A stretch of DNA of 63,376 bases, counting the filler, from Octopus bimaculoides (Eukaryota), in assembly GCF_001194135.2 (NCBI RefSeq). It is 8 parts of 8 records of this genome, joined end to end, with 100 filler letters (N's around TTAATTAATTAA, not from the genome) between each part and the next. Parts side by side here need not be neighbours in the genome. Positions count along the whole stretch, not along the records: positions 1 to 27,621 come from NC_068991.1; positions 27,722 to 29,839 come from NC_068993.1; positions 29,940 to 32,092 come from NW_026311356.1; positions 32,193 to 40,964 come from NC_069007.1; 4 more parts are not named here. One strand, 5' to 3'. Shown piece by piece: positions 25,201 through 35,638 of this stretch (its first letter is position 1; each line of letters opens with the position of its first letter). The notes below the pieces were generated by a model that saw nothing but the letters and a program-made list of their open reading frames with translations, ran no database searches and was not told where the DNA came from. The translations under genes were made by a program, and so were the position numbers.

Positions 25201-27381
25201 GAAAGTTCTATAAATATACATCCATATCTATCTGTCTATCTATCTATCTATCTATAAATATATATATATATATACACATACACACACACATTTACATGTG
25301 TGAAAATATATATACAGAGCAAATAAGAAAATGGAGTGGATAAACAATCAACAAACATCAGCCTGTAAACATTCAATTATATCTATTTATTAATTGATTA
25401 CAATCATATGTGTAAGTGATCCAAAGAAATGAATGAAATAAACAAATAAATAAGTAAATATATAAATAAAAATAAATGAATAAGAATAGATGAGTGTACA
25501 AATACTAAACTCTTACAGCTGTTTGGACAAAGGTTGGACAATGATTGAGCCCCAAGGCTTCATCAGAAAGACCAAATGTTAGGAAACTAACATGTGGGGA
25601 AGTAAGTTAAAATGAAAAAGTAAGATAAAATAAAATAACATAATAGAAATAGTAAGGAATGGTAAGAATGTCATTTCAAGGTGCTATCATAATCCACGAT
25701 ATTACATCTTATGGTAAAGAAAGTCACTTCCAGAAGAAATTTCCGCAAGCTATGAGGACTACATCGTATTTCAATTATACTGGGAGTATACCCGCTAGGG
25801 GTATTGGGATTAGGTTTCTGTGAATAAGTAACAAGTAATAACATCACACTAAGGTTTTACCCAATTTTTCTTTCATTGATATACTTATGTATTGAATTAC
25901 CCCAAACAGGTTCAATTTAAGTTAATTCTGCCAATTTCTTTTATAATGCTCTATTAAATAGCAGTTAGCCTCTAACTTCTGACCCCTGTGACATGGACCA
26001 TACCATTAAACTCACTACACGTCTTACCCTCGATATTTCTCCTATATATATATGTGTACATATATATATATATATATATANNNNNNNNNNNNNNNNNNNN
26101 NNNNNNNNNNNNNNNNNNNNNNNNNNNNNNNNNNNNNNNNNNNNNNNNNNNNNNNNNNNNNNNNNNNNNNNNNNNNNNNNTACCCTCCAGCCTTCATCAG
26201 GTGTCTTGGGGAAATTCCGAACCTGGGTTCATATTCCTAAGGTATTTTTCAATGTTGTTATTATTATTCTTACCAAGTTGCCACGCGGTGCGACTGAACC
26301 CAGGACCATGTGGTCAGTAAGCAAACTACTTACCACACAGCTACTCATGCACCTAAGACAGATAGATAGAACTGCAATGATGTGATTCCAGATTCAAACC
26401 ATCTACAAGCGCAAGTATTTTCTATTATATCCTTACACTAACTAATATACATGCTTGACTTGTGTATATAAGCGTTTGTTATGGTCAGAGAATGAAGTTG
26501 TGTATATTTGTGTCCTTTCATCTCTCACTAAACCCTGGAATGTGTTGTCTTTTACTACCCAATGCACCTGAGAGTTTCAAAAATATGCACATAAAAAATA
26601 AATAGAACTACATGGTAGCTCACAGCAAACACCATATATATATATATATATATATATAGAACCACACGCGTTTATATATGTATGTATATATATGCATTTA
26701 TGAGTACGTCACCCAGACATAGGAATTCCCACATATCTATAACTGCACCATTATTGGTGGATAACAATTAATGAGGTGTGCTATTTTCTATTCGATGAAA
26801 ATATCAATAACAAATATAACCTTAATGGGTAGTTCTGGACGTCCCTTCCAACAAATGAGCTTTCTAAATTATCACAGACACTGTCACATGCAGAGAGAGT
26901 GAGAGAAAACCATTCTGTATTTATTTAGAAGAGCGCTTCGAGCTTTACAGTAAACAAAGTTTAGCGTCGTTTTAAGACTTACAGTTACGACACATTAATA
27001 AATATGTTTTATGAACTAACTTCAAATTTATTTAATTATTTTTCTTTGCTTTTCTGATGAATGTTTATCTGAATTTATTATTATGGTGATCATTCTTCTA
27101 GAATGATTTAGTTCTTTACACCCACCTCTTAGGTTTTTTTTTTTTTAATCTCTCTGCAGAGGGACATATACCGGAGTGAAATAAGACTAGACACAATTTT
27201 TTAAAAATAATAAACTAATCATTCTAAATAGGAATTTTATAATAATATCTTGAATTTATTGTTATAGAAATATAATCTAGATATAAACTGCTTTTGCTGT
27301 TCCTCTATAAGGAAGGGCGTCTTAAAAGATAGGTTAAAATACCATAAGAATATTTACCTTTTCGAAAACGATCGCCTCCAT
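11647..27381 (-). CDS. ATXN3: Ataxin-3 (Josephin-family deubiquitinase), complete gene: join(27358-27381, 24777-24941, 22977-23113, 16913-17067, 14438-14722, 12633-12914, 11647-11717), 1119 nt / 372 aa
   Basis: Seven exons with GT-AG boundaries and consistent phases (0,0,2,1,1,1) give one uninterrupted frame: Josephin domain, UIM1, UIM2, an RQKR motif and a terminal UIM3. Confidence 0.95.
12633..12914 (-). CDS. ATXN3: ATXN3 exon 6 (low-complexity linker and VCP-binding-like motif)
   Basis: Acceptor atttcAG and donor G|GTAAGT. GDKAEDNC...SIDELRQKRLTYL...ENGENGENG; the ELRQKR segment resembles the ELRKRR VCP-binding motif of vertebrate ataxin-3. Confidence 0.88.
13581..13648. repeat. Short inverted pair of degenerate Penelope-type terminal (hammerhead-like) motifs
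   Basis: The left arm read on - (cagatgaagggtcagtctcaaaatgtca) resembles the right arm on + (catgataaaagggccagtcctgaaacatta); both resemble CTGATGA...GAAA. Confidence 0.35.
14438..14722 (-). CDS. ATXN3: ATXN3 exon 5 (end of Josephin domain, UIM1, UIM2)
   Basis: Acceptor actcacAG and donor G|GTAAAT. GYSIFIIIGNLPPSDADQLL...DDPSLQRALAMSLKDKEEALLQTALELSMQG. Confidence 0.95.
14897..15272 (+). mobile_element. SINE family A, near full-length, in ATXN3 intron 4
   Basis: ggcatggctgtgtggtaagaagcttgc...aagttcagtccc head, core, (TG)n, second module ending aatgactgaaacaagtaaac. Confidence 0.85.
16913..17067 (-). CDS. ATXN3: ATXN3 exon 4 (catalytic His and Asn)
   Basis: Acceptor ttacatttcAG and donor G|GTAAT. 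QQTAYICNMKEHWFTIRKIGFQWFNLNSLLSGPELISDTYLSLFIIQLLQEG contains the HWF and WFNLNS Josephin motifs. Confidence 0.97.
17400..18780 (+). mobile_element. RTE-clade LINE, decayed RT domain, antisense within ATXN3 intron 3
   Basis: Fragments translate to RT motifs: NYRSIKL, EMQFRFVP, GIHQSSVFS (GVHQGSVLSP-like) and YADDLV (tac gct gat gac at 18160-18171), followed by a Cys-rich segment. Many stops and frameshifts. Confidence 0.85.
18899..19165 (+). mobile_element. Tc1/mariner-type transposon 5' fragment (HTH region)
   Basis: From the ATG at 18990: MTDKMLREVKRHAVIVAICADQSHLEIANFLNVARF, then (after a 1-nt shift in a T run) FVYAVQIELEASDRIVSTLSK. This resembles the N-terminal HTH of mariner/maT-like transposases; it is truncated by a (TG)n microsatellite. 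Confidence 0.6.
21985..22670 (+). mobile_element. Heavily decayed RTE LINE 3' remnant
   Basis: Segments ggtttagagtcaacatggcaaagacc (GLRVNMAKT), atgcaggagagataactgtgc (MQER.LC) and gatctcaagatgttgggc (DLKMLG) parallel the RTE copies at 18.2 kb and 62.6 kb. Confidence 0.55.
22977..23113 (-). CDS. ATXN3: ATXN3 exon 3
   Basis: Acceptor ttatatttacAG and donor CT|GTAAGT. QPSSNMDERGYFSIQVITNALGVWNLDIIPFSSQHPKAKEAQENP matches the Josephin NMDDSGFFSIQVISNAL segment. Confidence 0.97.
23850..24726 (+). repeat. ~108-bp near-identical direct repeat pair in ATXN3 intron 2 (about 23850-23957 and 24619-24726)
   Basis: Both copies read tactaaataactaaa(t/c)atctctttcttcaactaattagactttag(c/t)ctataacctagc...tacaggaacattaaacatatcatcatcat with only a few substitutions. 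Confidence 0.9.
24777..24941 (-). CDS. ATXN3: ATXN3 exon 2 (catalytic Cys14)
   Basis: Acceptor ttttcttttacAG and donor GAG|GTGAGT; 165 nt. QQGSLCALHCLNSLLQGQYFSPIDLAQIAKKLDDQEREQMAEGGENSQEYMHFLE. Confidence 0.97.
27358..27381 (-). CDS. ATXN3: ATXN3 exon 1 coding part (MEAIVFEK)
   Basis: ATG GAG GCG ATC GTT TTC GAA AAG|GTAAAT: a 24-nt phase-0 first coding exon equivalent to vertebrate MESIFHEK. Confidence 0.9.
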
Positions 27382-27570
27382 CAGTTCTCTCAATATGTGG
27401 AACTTAGTTGTCTGCCCTTGTTTCTGGGCTTTTCTAGATTCCGATTTTATTCAGTTTTTTTGCTTCTTTTTTCTTGCAGATTTTACTTTTTCAGTCACTT
27501 CAGTTTGCGTTTACATTCGTATTACTTCCACGCACGTACGCACGCTCACACAGACACATGTATGTATGTG

Positions 27571-27621
<51 letters not shown>

Positions 27622-27665
27622 NNNNNNNNNNNNNNNNNNNNNNNNNNNNNNNNNNNNNNNNNNNN

Positions 27666-27677
27666 TTAATTAATTAA
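27666..27677. other. Assembly gap linker TTAATTAATTAA inside ~100-nt N placeholders (also 29884, 32137, 41009, 46310, 49795, 60491)
   Basis: The identical 12-mer sits between N runs (44 N on each side at 49751-49850) and places stops in all six frames; artificial. Confidence 0.95.
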
Positions 27678-27828
27678 NNNNNNNNNNNNNNNNNNNNNNN
27701 NNNNNNNNNNNNNNNNNNNNNGTCTTTAACGTTTCGAGCCTACGCTCTTCAACAGAAAGGAACACCGAAAGAAACAAGGAGAGAAAAAAAAATATATGTG
27801 TAGTGGTCAGCGATCTATCATGGCGAAT

Positions 27829-27932
<104 letters not shown>

Positions 27933-28639
27933 ACGCACACGCATACATGCATGTGTGTGTGATTGTGTGTGTCTTTGTGTTTATAATTGTTCCTCCTGCA
28001 CCGCATGATAATCAGTATTGGGGTTGATGCGTTTGACTAAAATTCTTGAACGCGGTGCCCCAGTATGGCCGCAGTCTAATGTTTGAAACACGTTAAAAAA
28101 ATAGAATGGGTAGATAACACCTAAAATTTAACACATGGGGTTTATGTTCACCCCCTTATTTGTACAGAACAATGGAGGCCTTACATGTACAAGGCAATCG
28201 AGGCTTTCTACAAAATTATAATAGCTATTCTTTGACGAGAAAAATATCTATTACAGAATAATAGAAAGCTAATACGAATATCTACGAAACACAAACAAAG
28301 CAAAAATTTGTTTTCTATTTTTCAAGGAAGTAAATATTAAAAAAAACAGACTGAAGTAACAGACAATTGTGGGGAGATAGAAAAAACAACAGAAATTGGG
28401 GGAAAGGTTGAAAACTAAGCGTGAAATGTGGTTACAGAATATCATAGTGATACGAAAGCAAGAAAAACCTTGACGTGGCCAATACTTAATAAGCAGACGT
28501 TGATAAAGAACATTCGCTACACTTGCTGTGAAAAGCTGAGAACTGAGGGTTGAGGCAGAAGTAATTTCTATTACGTCACCCGAGCAAAACCTTCTCGTTA
28601 GAAACTACTAGAATTATATTATGAAGTATGATGTATTGA

Positions 28640-28848
28640 TTTCAAATTTTGGCACAAGGCTAGCAAATTCTGAGGAGGTGATTAAATCGATTGCATCGGC
28701 CCAATTGCTGAATAGGTTTTTATTTTATCGACCCCGAAAGGATGAAAGGCGAAGTTGACCTCGGCGGAATTTGAACTCAGAATATAAAGACAGACGAAAT
28801 GCCGCTAAGCATTTTGCCCAGCGTGCTAACGATTCTGCCAGCTCGCCT
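28640..28848 (-). mobile_element. tRNA-derived SINE family B, well preserved (other copies near 36850-36990, 37100-37260, 39205-39343, 42670-42960)
   Basis: The minus strand reads aaggcgagctggcagaatcgttagcacgctgggcaaaatgc...gagttcaaattccgccgaggtcaac, with A- and B-box-like motifs. Confidence 0.85.
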
Positions 28849-29308
28849 TACATACATACATACATACATACATATATACATAAAAACCAGGATGTGTTGC
28901 ATTCCGTTAATAAATAAATGGAAAAAATGTATAGTAAATGCACAAACTAAAACAGACACAGAATGGTAAGTTTTTAAAATATATATTAAATGCACAGACG
29001 AACGGAAAACAGACAAAGGTGTCTAATTCCTCATCAGGTATCGACCATAGGGTAATTACCCACTTTCGTGCCTTTAACGATAAGATTGATTCCCAGCTGG
29101 AGGCATCCACAAGAGTTGCAGAGACTGGTGGACCGATGAGAACCGATGTTAGTGTGTTTACCTCCCTGTAACTTAACAGTCCAGCAAAATAGACCGTTAG
29201 AATACTAGGCTTACAACGAACAAGTCCTGGGATCGATTTCTTCGACTAAAACCCCTTTGAGGCGGTGCTACAGCATGGTCACAGTAAAATGACTGAAACA
29301 AGTAAAAG

Positions 29309-29364
<56 letters not shown>

Positions 29365-29784
29365 TGCAGACGACCTAAATATTCTCATCGGTTTGAATGA
29401 ACCAAAGTTTTCCGGTTTTGATGTTAAGCTTCCATTTAAGCCCACCAGGACGCCATCTGCTTTCAGCCATATTTATGTACACACATTGATACCTTTACAA
29501 TAACCATATAGATATTTATATTTTTGTCTACATACATACACATATATGTAGATACATATATATATATGTATGTATGTAAGTATTTGTCCATATATGTATA
29601 TTTATATATATGTATCCTTGTGTATAATTAATACATAAGTCGTATGACGTCATCGCCGGCTTAATGGTTAGCTTAATATCAAAAACAGAGAAGTCTTGTT
29701 TATTCGACCAAGAAATTATTTTCAATAAGATTGTCTTCGTTGTTTCCGAATACCGAGGACATAAAGTCCTGTATATGCGCATAA

Positions 29785-29839
<55 letters not shown>

Positions 29840-29942
29840 NNNNNNNNNNNNNNNNNNNNNNNNNNNNNNNNNNNNNNNNNNNNTTAATTAATTAANNNNN
29901 NNNNNNNNNNNNNNNNNNNNNNNNNNNNNNNNNNNNNNNTAT

Positions 29943-29975
<33 letters not shown>

Positions 29976-29981
29976 AATAAA

Positions 29982-30021
<40 letters not shown>

Positions 30022-30465
30022 GCACACATTGCTGAGTGCGTGCATGCATGTGTCAACGTTGCTTTTTTTAATGTGTATGCATGTGTACGTATGTGCAGTA
30101 TAAATATACTGTAAACAAGCGACGATGACAAGAAAAAGGAACAAACAAAACAAAAAAAATATAATAGAAAAAAAAACAACAGAAACTGCAAGAAACCAAA
30201 AATATTATTTTGAAATACAACAACAACAACAACAACAACAATAACAACAACAACAGGAGTAACAACAACATTACGTTCAAAAGCAACTGCAGCAACATAT
30301 TATAATGCGAAATCGTTTGCTGATACAAATATTAAACAACAACAACAACAATATCAACAACAATAATAATAATAATAATGACAACGACGACAAAAACAAC
30401 TCCAACAGAGACATCAATATCAACAATAATATTTATAACAACAATAATATACGGCATTGGCAATA

Positions 30466-30499
30466 ACTAATAATAATAATATTACTATTAATACTGATA

Positions 30500-30571
<72 letters not shown>

Positions 30572-30612
30572 TGTAATAGTAATAATAATAACGACAATAA
30601 TAATAGTAATCA
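30466..30612. repeat. (AAT)n microsatellite within a CAA/AAT low-complexity tract (about 30210-30620)
   Basis: Direct reading of the tandem AAT units. Confidence 0.95.
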
Positions 30613-33600
30613 CAACAATAATGTTAATAATTTCTTTATTTGCCTCTAAATAGAAATACACACAGAATATTAAGAAAGTAAGAATAAAATTAAAAACAAA
30701 CATAAGAAAAAAAAAATGCCCCAACAAAATACATGCCGACCAAACAAATAGCATCCTTCCCACATTCATATACACCCATGTACACCCATATACACACACA
30801 CACACGAAATATGAATACTAAAAAAAAAAAAAAAAACCGACCAGAAGAGTATATAATAAACAAATATATATTGAAAAGCCATTAAAATAGCAATAACACA
30901 AATAAAAAAAACATAGATAAAAAAAAAATTATAAGTTGCTTTTTTTTGTTATTAAACATTAACGAATAAATTTGCTGCTCAGTGATTTTAGGAACTTTCC
31001 GCCGAGAAAAAGAAGAGAGACGCCATTAAAAACTCTGAATTCTCATTTTACACACTTACATACATACGCACATACACGCACATGTACAGGCTCGAACGCA
31101 GACATAGTTACACACACATAAATACACACACACACACACACACACACACACCAATACGAACACGTTTTCTCCCCGGTTTTGCTGTAACATACTTTCACTT
31201 TCACTTTCGCTTTCACTTAAGCAGGAAAACGACGTAATATCAAAATGGCGTCATTATATTCTATGAAAGAAAGATGTCAGCTTGNNNNNNNNNNNNNNNN
31301 NNNNNNNNNNNNNNNNNNNNNNNNNNNNNNNNNNNNNNNNNNNNNNNNNNNNNNNNNNNNNNNNNNNNNNNNNNNNNNNNNNNNNNNNNNNNNNNNNNNN
31401 NNNNNNNNNNNNNNNNNNNNNNNNNNNNNNNNNNNNNNNNNNNNNNNNNNNNNNNNNNNNNNNNNNNNNNNNNNNNNNNNNNNNNNNNNNNNNNNNNNNN
31501 NNNNNNNNNNNNNNNNNNNNNNNNNNNNNNNNNNNNNNNNNNNNNNNNNNNNNNNNNNNNNNNNNNATTATACGATATAATGGCTGTTGTAGGGTGGGTT
31601 TGGGTGGGGTATTGACAGTGAGTGTGTGTGTGTGTGTGTGGGTGGGGGTGGGTAGCGGTGGTACGAGGAAGCAATAGGAAATATTCCAGCTGGTTTATTA
31701 CGAGTTTTTACGATTATGGAATTAACAAATAGTGTTTTATTTTGAAGCAGTTTCATGCTAAGCTTCCATAGAAAGTATTTACTGCGCTTTGTATGTTTGT
31801 GTGCAGATAGATCTATTTCCCTGAGGTTTTTGAGGCAGTGATATATGTATGTATGTATGTATGTATGTATTCATGTGTGTATGTATACAGGGATGTATGC
31901 GCGTGTGTATAAAATATATATATATATAAACATGTATATATATACATATATATATATGTGTGTATACACACATATATATATATGTGTGTATATATACATA
32001 TATGTGTGTGTGTTTGTGTGTATAAACATATATTGCAGCATAACGCGCACATTCTACTCTCATATATTTAAACGTACAAACGCACACATGCANNNNNNNN
32101 NNNNNNNNNNNNNNNNNNNNNNNNNNNNNNNNNNNNTTAATTAATTAANNNNNNNNNNNNNNNNNNNNNNNNNNNNNNNNNNNNNNNNNNNNGGGGGGGG
32201 GGGTGAAAGGGAGGGAGCCAGCATAAGAGTGTGGGGTGAGAGGAACAGATGGTTAAAGATTGATGTAGAGGTGAATGAAATGAGTGATGTACAAGAGTGG
32301 GGGGTGTAGTTCAAGGCAAACACCAGTATGGAGACGAGTGTGTGGGTGGCGTTTGGCAGATTACCCGCATGGGATCAGATTAATGGATTAGAACTGACTA
32401 AACAACAACAACAACCTGTGTATCACAGGACTCCTGGATCAGGTCTGACCGAGGGCTAAACACCGATAACCACAACTGGCCAATTGATCGGATATTTTGA
32501 TGAGAAATAGAATAAGAATAACACAAATGTTAGTAGAATGCTAGCTGCTAACTACTTCCTGTTTAGAGCTTGCCACTTCCTGTCTAAGGTTTGCCATTTC
32601 CTGTCAAAGGAAGAACTTACCAATGACTGGTGTAAATGGAACTCAACTTTTGTATTACATAATACGTGTGTGTGTGTGTGCATGTGTGTGTATACTTAAT
32701 TATATATACATAGCAATGGCTGATGTAAATGGATTCCACTTTTGTATTACATAATATATGTATGTATGTATGTGTGTGTGTGTATACATCGGTATCTGCC
32801 ATGACTGCTATTTTTATTTGGATTCTTCTCAAGCACACAAAAGGAACTGAGCCAATTTGCCTCTGTGAGGCCCAACGCTAGAGAGTAACTCAGCCACTTT
32901 GCCTCCGTGAGGCCCAACATTCAAAAGGTGTTCTTTATGTGCCACTAGCACACATATGTATCTATATATGTGTGTGTGTGTAGAGTGTTAGGTGTGATGT
33001 ACAGAATTGAATATTGAAAAAAAAAGTCGTCAGAATTTTGGAATAACTTCTTTCATTTATTTTATACATATATTAGCGCTTTTGTTCGTCTTTCAAAATT
33101 GTTAAATATATATATATATACACACACATACATTCATGCTTACACACACACATATACACAGACACAAAGACAAACATACACACATGCACATATATAAACA
33201 GGCAAACAAAAGTTAAAAATAACAAAACTACAAAAGTTAAAAGAAAATGACAAAACAAATAAATATGTACATACACACACACACGCGCATATATATGTAT
33301 ATATATATNNNNNNNNNNNNNNNNNNNNNNNNNNNNNNNNNNNNNNNNNNNNNNNNNNNNNNNNNNNNNNNNNNNNNATATATACATATATATATTTTCT
33401 GCGTCTCACATTATTAGGCAAATCAACCTTCTCTCAATTAATAATTCTATATTCGTTCAAAACAAGTTTTTTTCCCACTGTCTGTTGGCAACACCTATTT
33501 GCGCACCTTCTGTTAAAATAAGTCGGATTTGTATAGGCACCGACAAATGGCAGCATTATTAGGCAAGTATAATAAAAATGATAACTGTGTCAGAAGAAAC

Positions 33601-33718
33601 ATTAATTTAATTCAACAGTAAAGGTTTAACAAAAAAAATTATACGTGAAAGACTTAATGGTAAATGTAACAATGCATTCGAATGACAATAAACATGGGAT
33701 TATGATGTCATGCAGATC

Positions 33719-33876
33719 TTAATGTTTGATCTATCGTCCTCCACATGCAATAACCTTCCTTATGCACTGATCCATTCAATTTGTCAAGGTGGTGATATCA
33801 TTTTGTGTCATACTATGTGCAGCATCTACAAAAGCATCTCAGAGGGTAACTTTACTTGAAAACTGCCTTCCATCTT
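33719..33876 (-). mobile_element. Tc1/IS630-like transposase C-terminal remnant
   Basis: The minus strand reads KDGRQFSSKVTL*DAFVDAAHSMTQNDITTLTN*MDQCIRKVIACGGR*IKH*, the typical Tc1 tail pattern (GRQFSSK..L..AI...SM..RL.KVI..GG.I). Confidence 0.55.
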
Positions 33877-34904
33877 ATTTCTTTATTGTCCACAAGGGGC
33901 CAAACACAGCTGAAGATTGCTCTACATATTACATTTAATGTAATGCTCGCATTACTTAAATAAATGGAGTGGCATGAAACGTGCGTACTGCAATCATCTT
34001 TAAAATCCGTGTTGCTTATTTTGATTTTTTGATCACCTTGCTCTTAGAATGGTTTTTGTATAATGCCATACTATATTCTGGTGCCTAAACATAAGTACCA
34101 TATTCAATTTTGAATCTAAATCTAAATNNNNNNNNNNNNNNNNNNNNNNNNNNNNNNNNNNNNNNNNNNNNNNNNNNNNNNNNNNNNNNNNNNNNNNNNN
34201 NNNNNNNNNNNNNNNNNNNNNNNNNNNNNNNNNNNNNNNNNNNNNNNNNNNNNNNNNNNNNNNNNNNNNNNNNNNNNNNNNNNNNNNNNNNNNNNNNNNN
34301 NNNNNNNNNNNNNNNNNNNNNNNNNNNNNNNNNNNNNNNNNNNNNNNNNNNNNNNNNNNNNNNNNNNNNNNNNNNNNNNNNNNNNNNNNNNNNNNNNNNN
34401 NNNNNNNNNNNNNNNNNNNNNNNNNNNNNNNNNNNNNNNNNNNNNNNNNNNNNNNNNNNNNNNNNNNNNNNNNNNNNNNNNNNNNNNNNNNNNNNNNNNN
34501 NNNNNNNNNNNNNNNNNNNNNNNNNNNNNNNNNNNNNNNNNNNNNNNNNNNNNNNNNNNNNNNNNNNNNNNNNNNNNNNNNNNNNNNNNNNNNNNNNNNN
34601 NNNNNNNNNNNNNNNNNNNNNNNNNNNNNNNNNNNNNNNNNNNNNNNNNNNNNNNNNNNNNNNNNGTGGAGGTCACTGGTTGTGTTTTTGAAGAATACGA
34701 CTAATACCATCTTTGGTTTCTTGGGTCTTCTCTAAAGCAATTTATAACAGGAGGGGGAGGTCATCATCATCACCCCTTCAACATTTCCTTCCCTATGATT
34801 ACATGGGTCAGTGGGAGTTTATTGAGGCGGATTTTCTTCTACAGCTGGGTGCCTTTTCTGTTGCCAACATTCATCTGTTTCCAAGTATTCTTTTATTCTG
34901 TTAT

Positions 34905-35180
34905 TCTTTTTACTTGCTTTGGTCATTTGACTGCAGCCATGCTGGAGCACCGCCTTTAGTCGAACAAATTGACCCCAGGACTTATTCTTTTGTGAGCATG
35001 GTACTTATTCTATCGGTCTCTTTGGCCACACCACTAAATTGCAGGGACGTAAACACGCCAATATCAGTTGTCAGCGATGGTGGTGCTCATGGGAGGGACA
35101 GACACACAAATACATACATATATATATATATGACGGGCTTCTTTCAGTTTCTAGCTACCAAATCCACTCACAAGGCTTTT
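34905..35180 (-). mobile_element. SINE family A, second module plus core; the head fragment lies at 35637-35770
   Basis: catttgactgcagccatgctggagcaccgcc...ctttcagtttctagctaccaaatccactcacaaggc; the 35637-35770 segment ends ccacacagccactcctgcgcc. Confidence 0.8.
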
Positions 35181-35590
35181 GGTCATATATATACCCATAT
35201 TTATTAAGGATGTCCAGAAAAATCTCTCTTTACCTCCCACCTGTGTTCCCAGGCTAGCTTTATCCTTGGTGAACTAGTCCATGGCTTCTATAATCTTTGC
35301 AATGTTATTTTTGAAAAATTTTTTTCAATAGTAAGAATTCGTTTTCGTGTTCCAGGTTCTACAATGGGGTCACCAAGTTCGGTTTGGATTCTTTGCAGTG
35401 CTTACAGCTGCAGATATTCAATAGGCAAACACTTAGCATGAGAACTTACCAACTTCTCTGAACCTTATGTGCAGACGTGATGCATTTTTCCTTCATTCGC
35501 TGACTTAATGATGCCATTGATAACTGCTGGTACCATTACTTCAGAAAATTCCAGAACATCACTGAATGCTTCTCACATGCATATATGTAT

Positions 35591-35638
<48 letters not shown>

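Noticed and set aside
30210-30440. Poly-Gln/Asn-looking CAA tract near the ATXN3 5' side
   Set aside because: It lies outside the ATXN3 exon chain, contains in-frame stops and has no splice context; an ordinary microsatellite.
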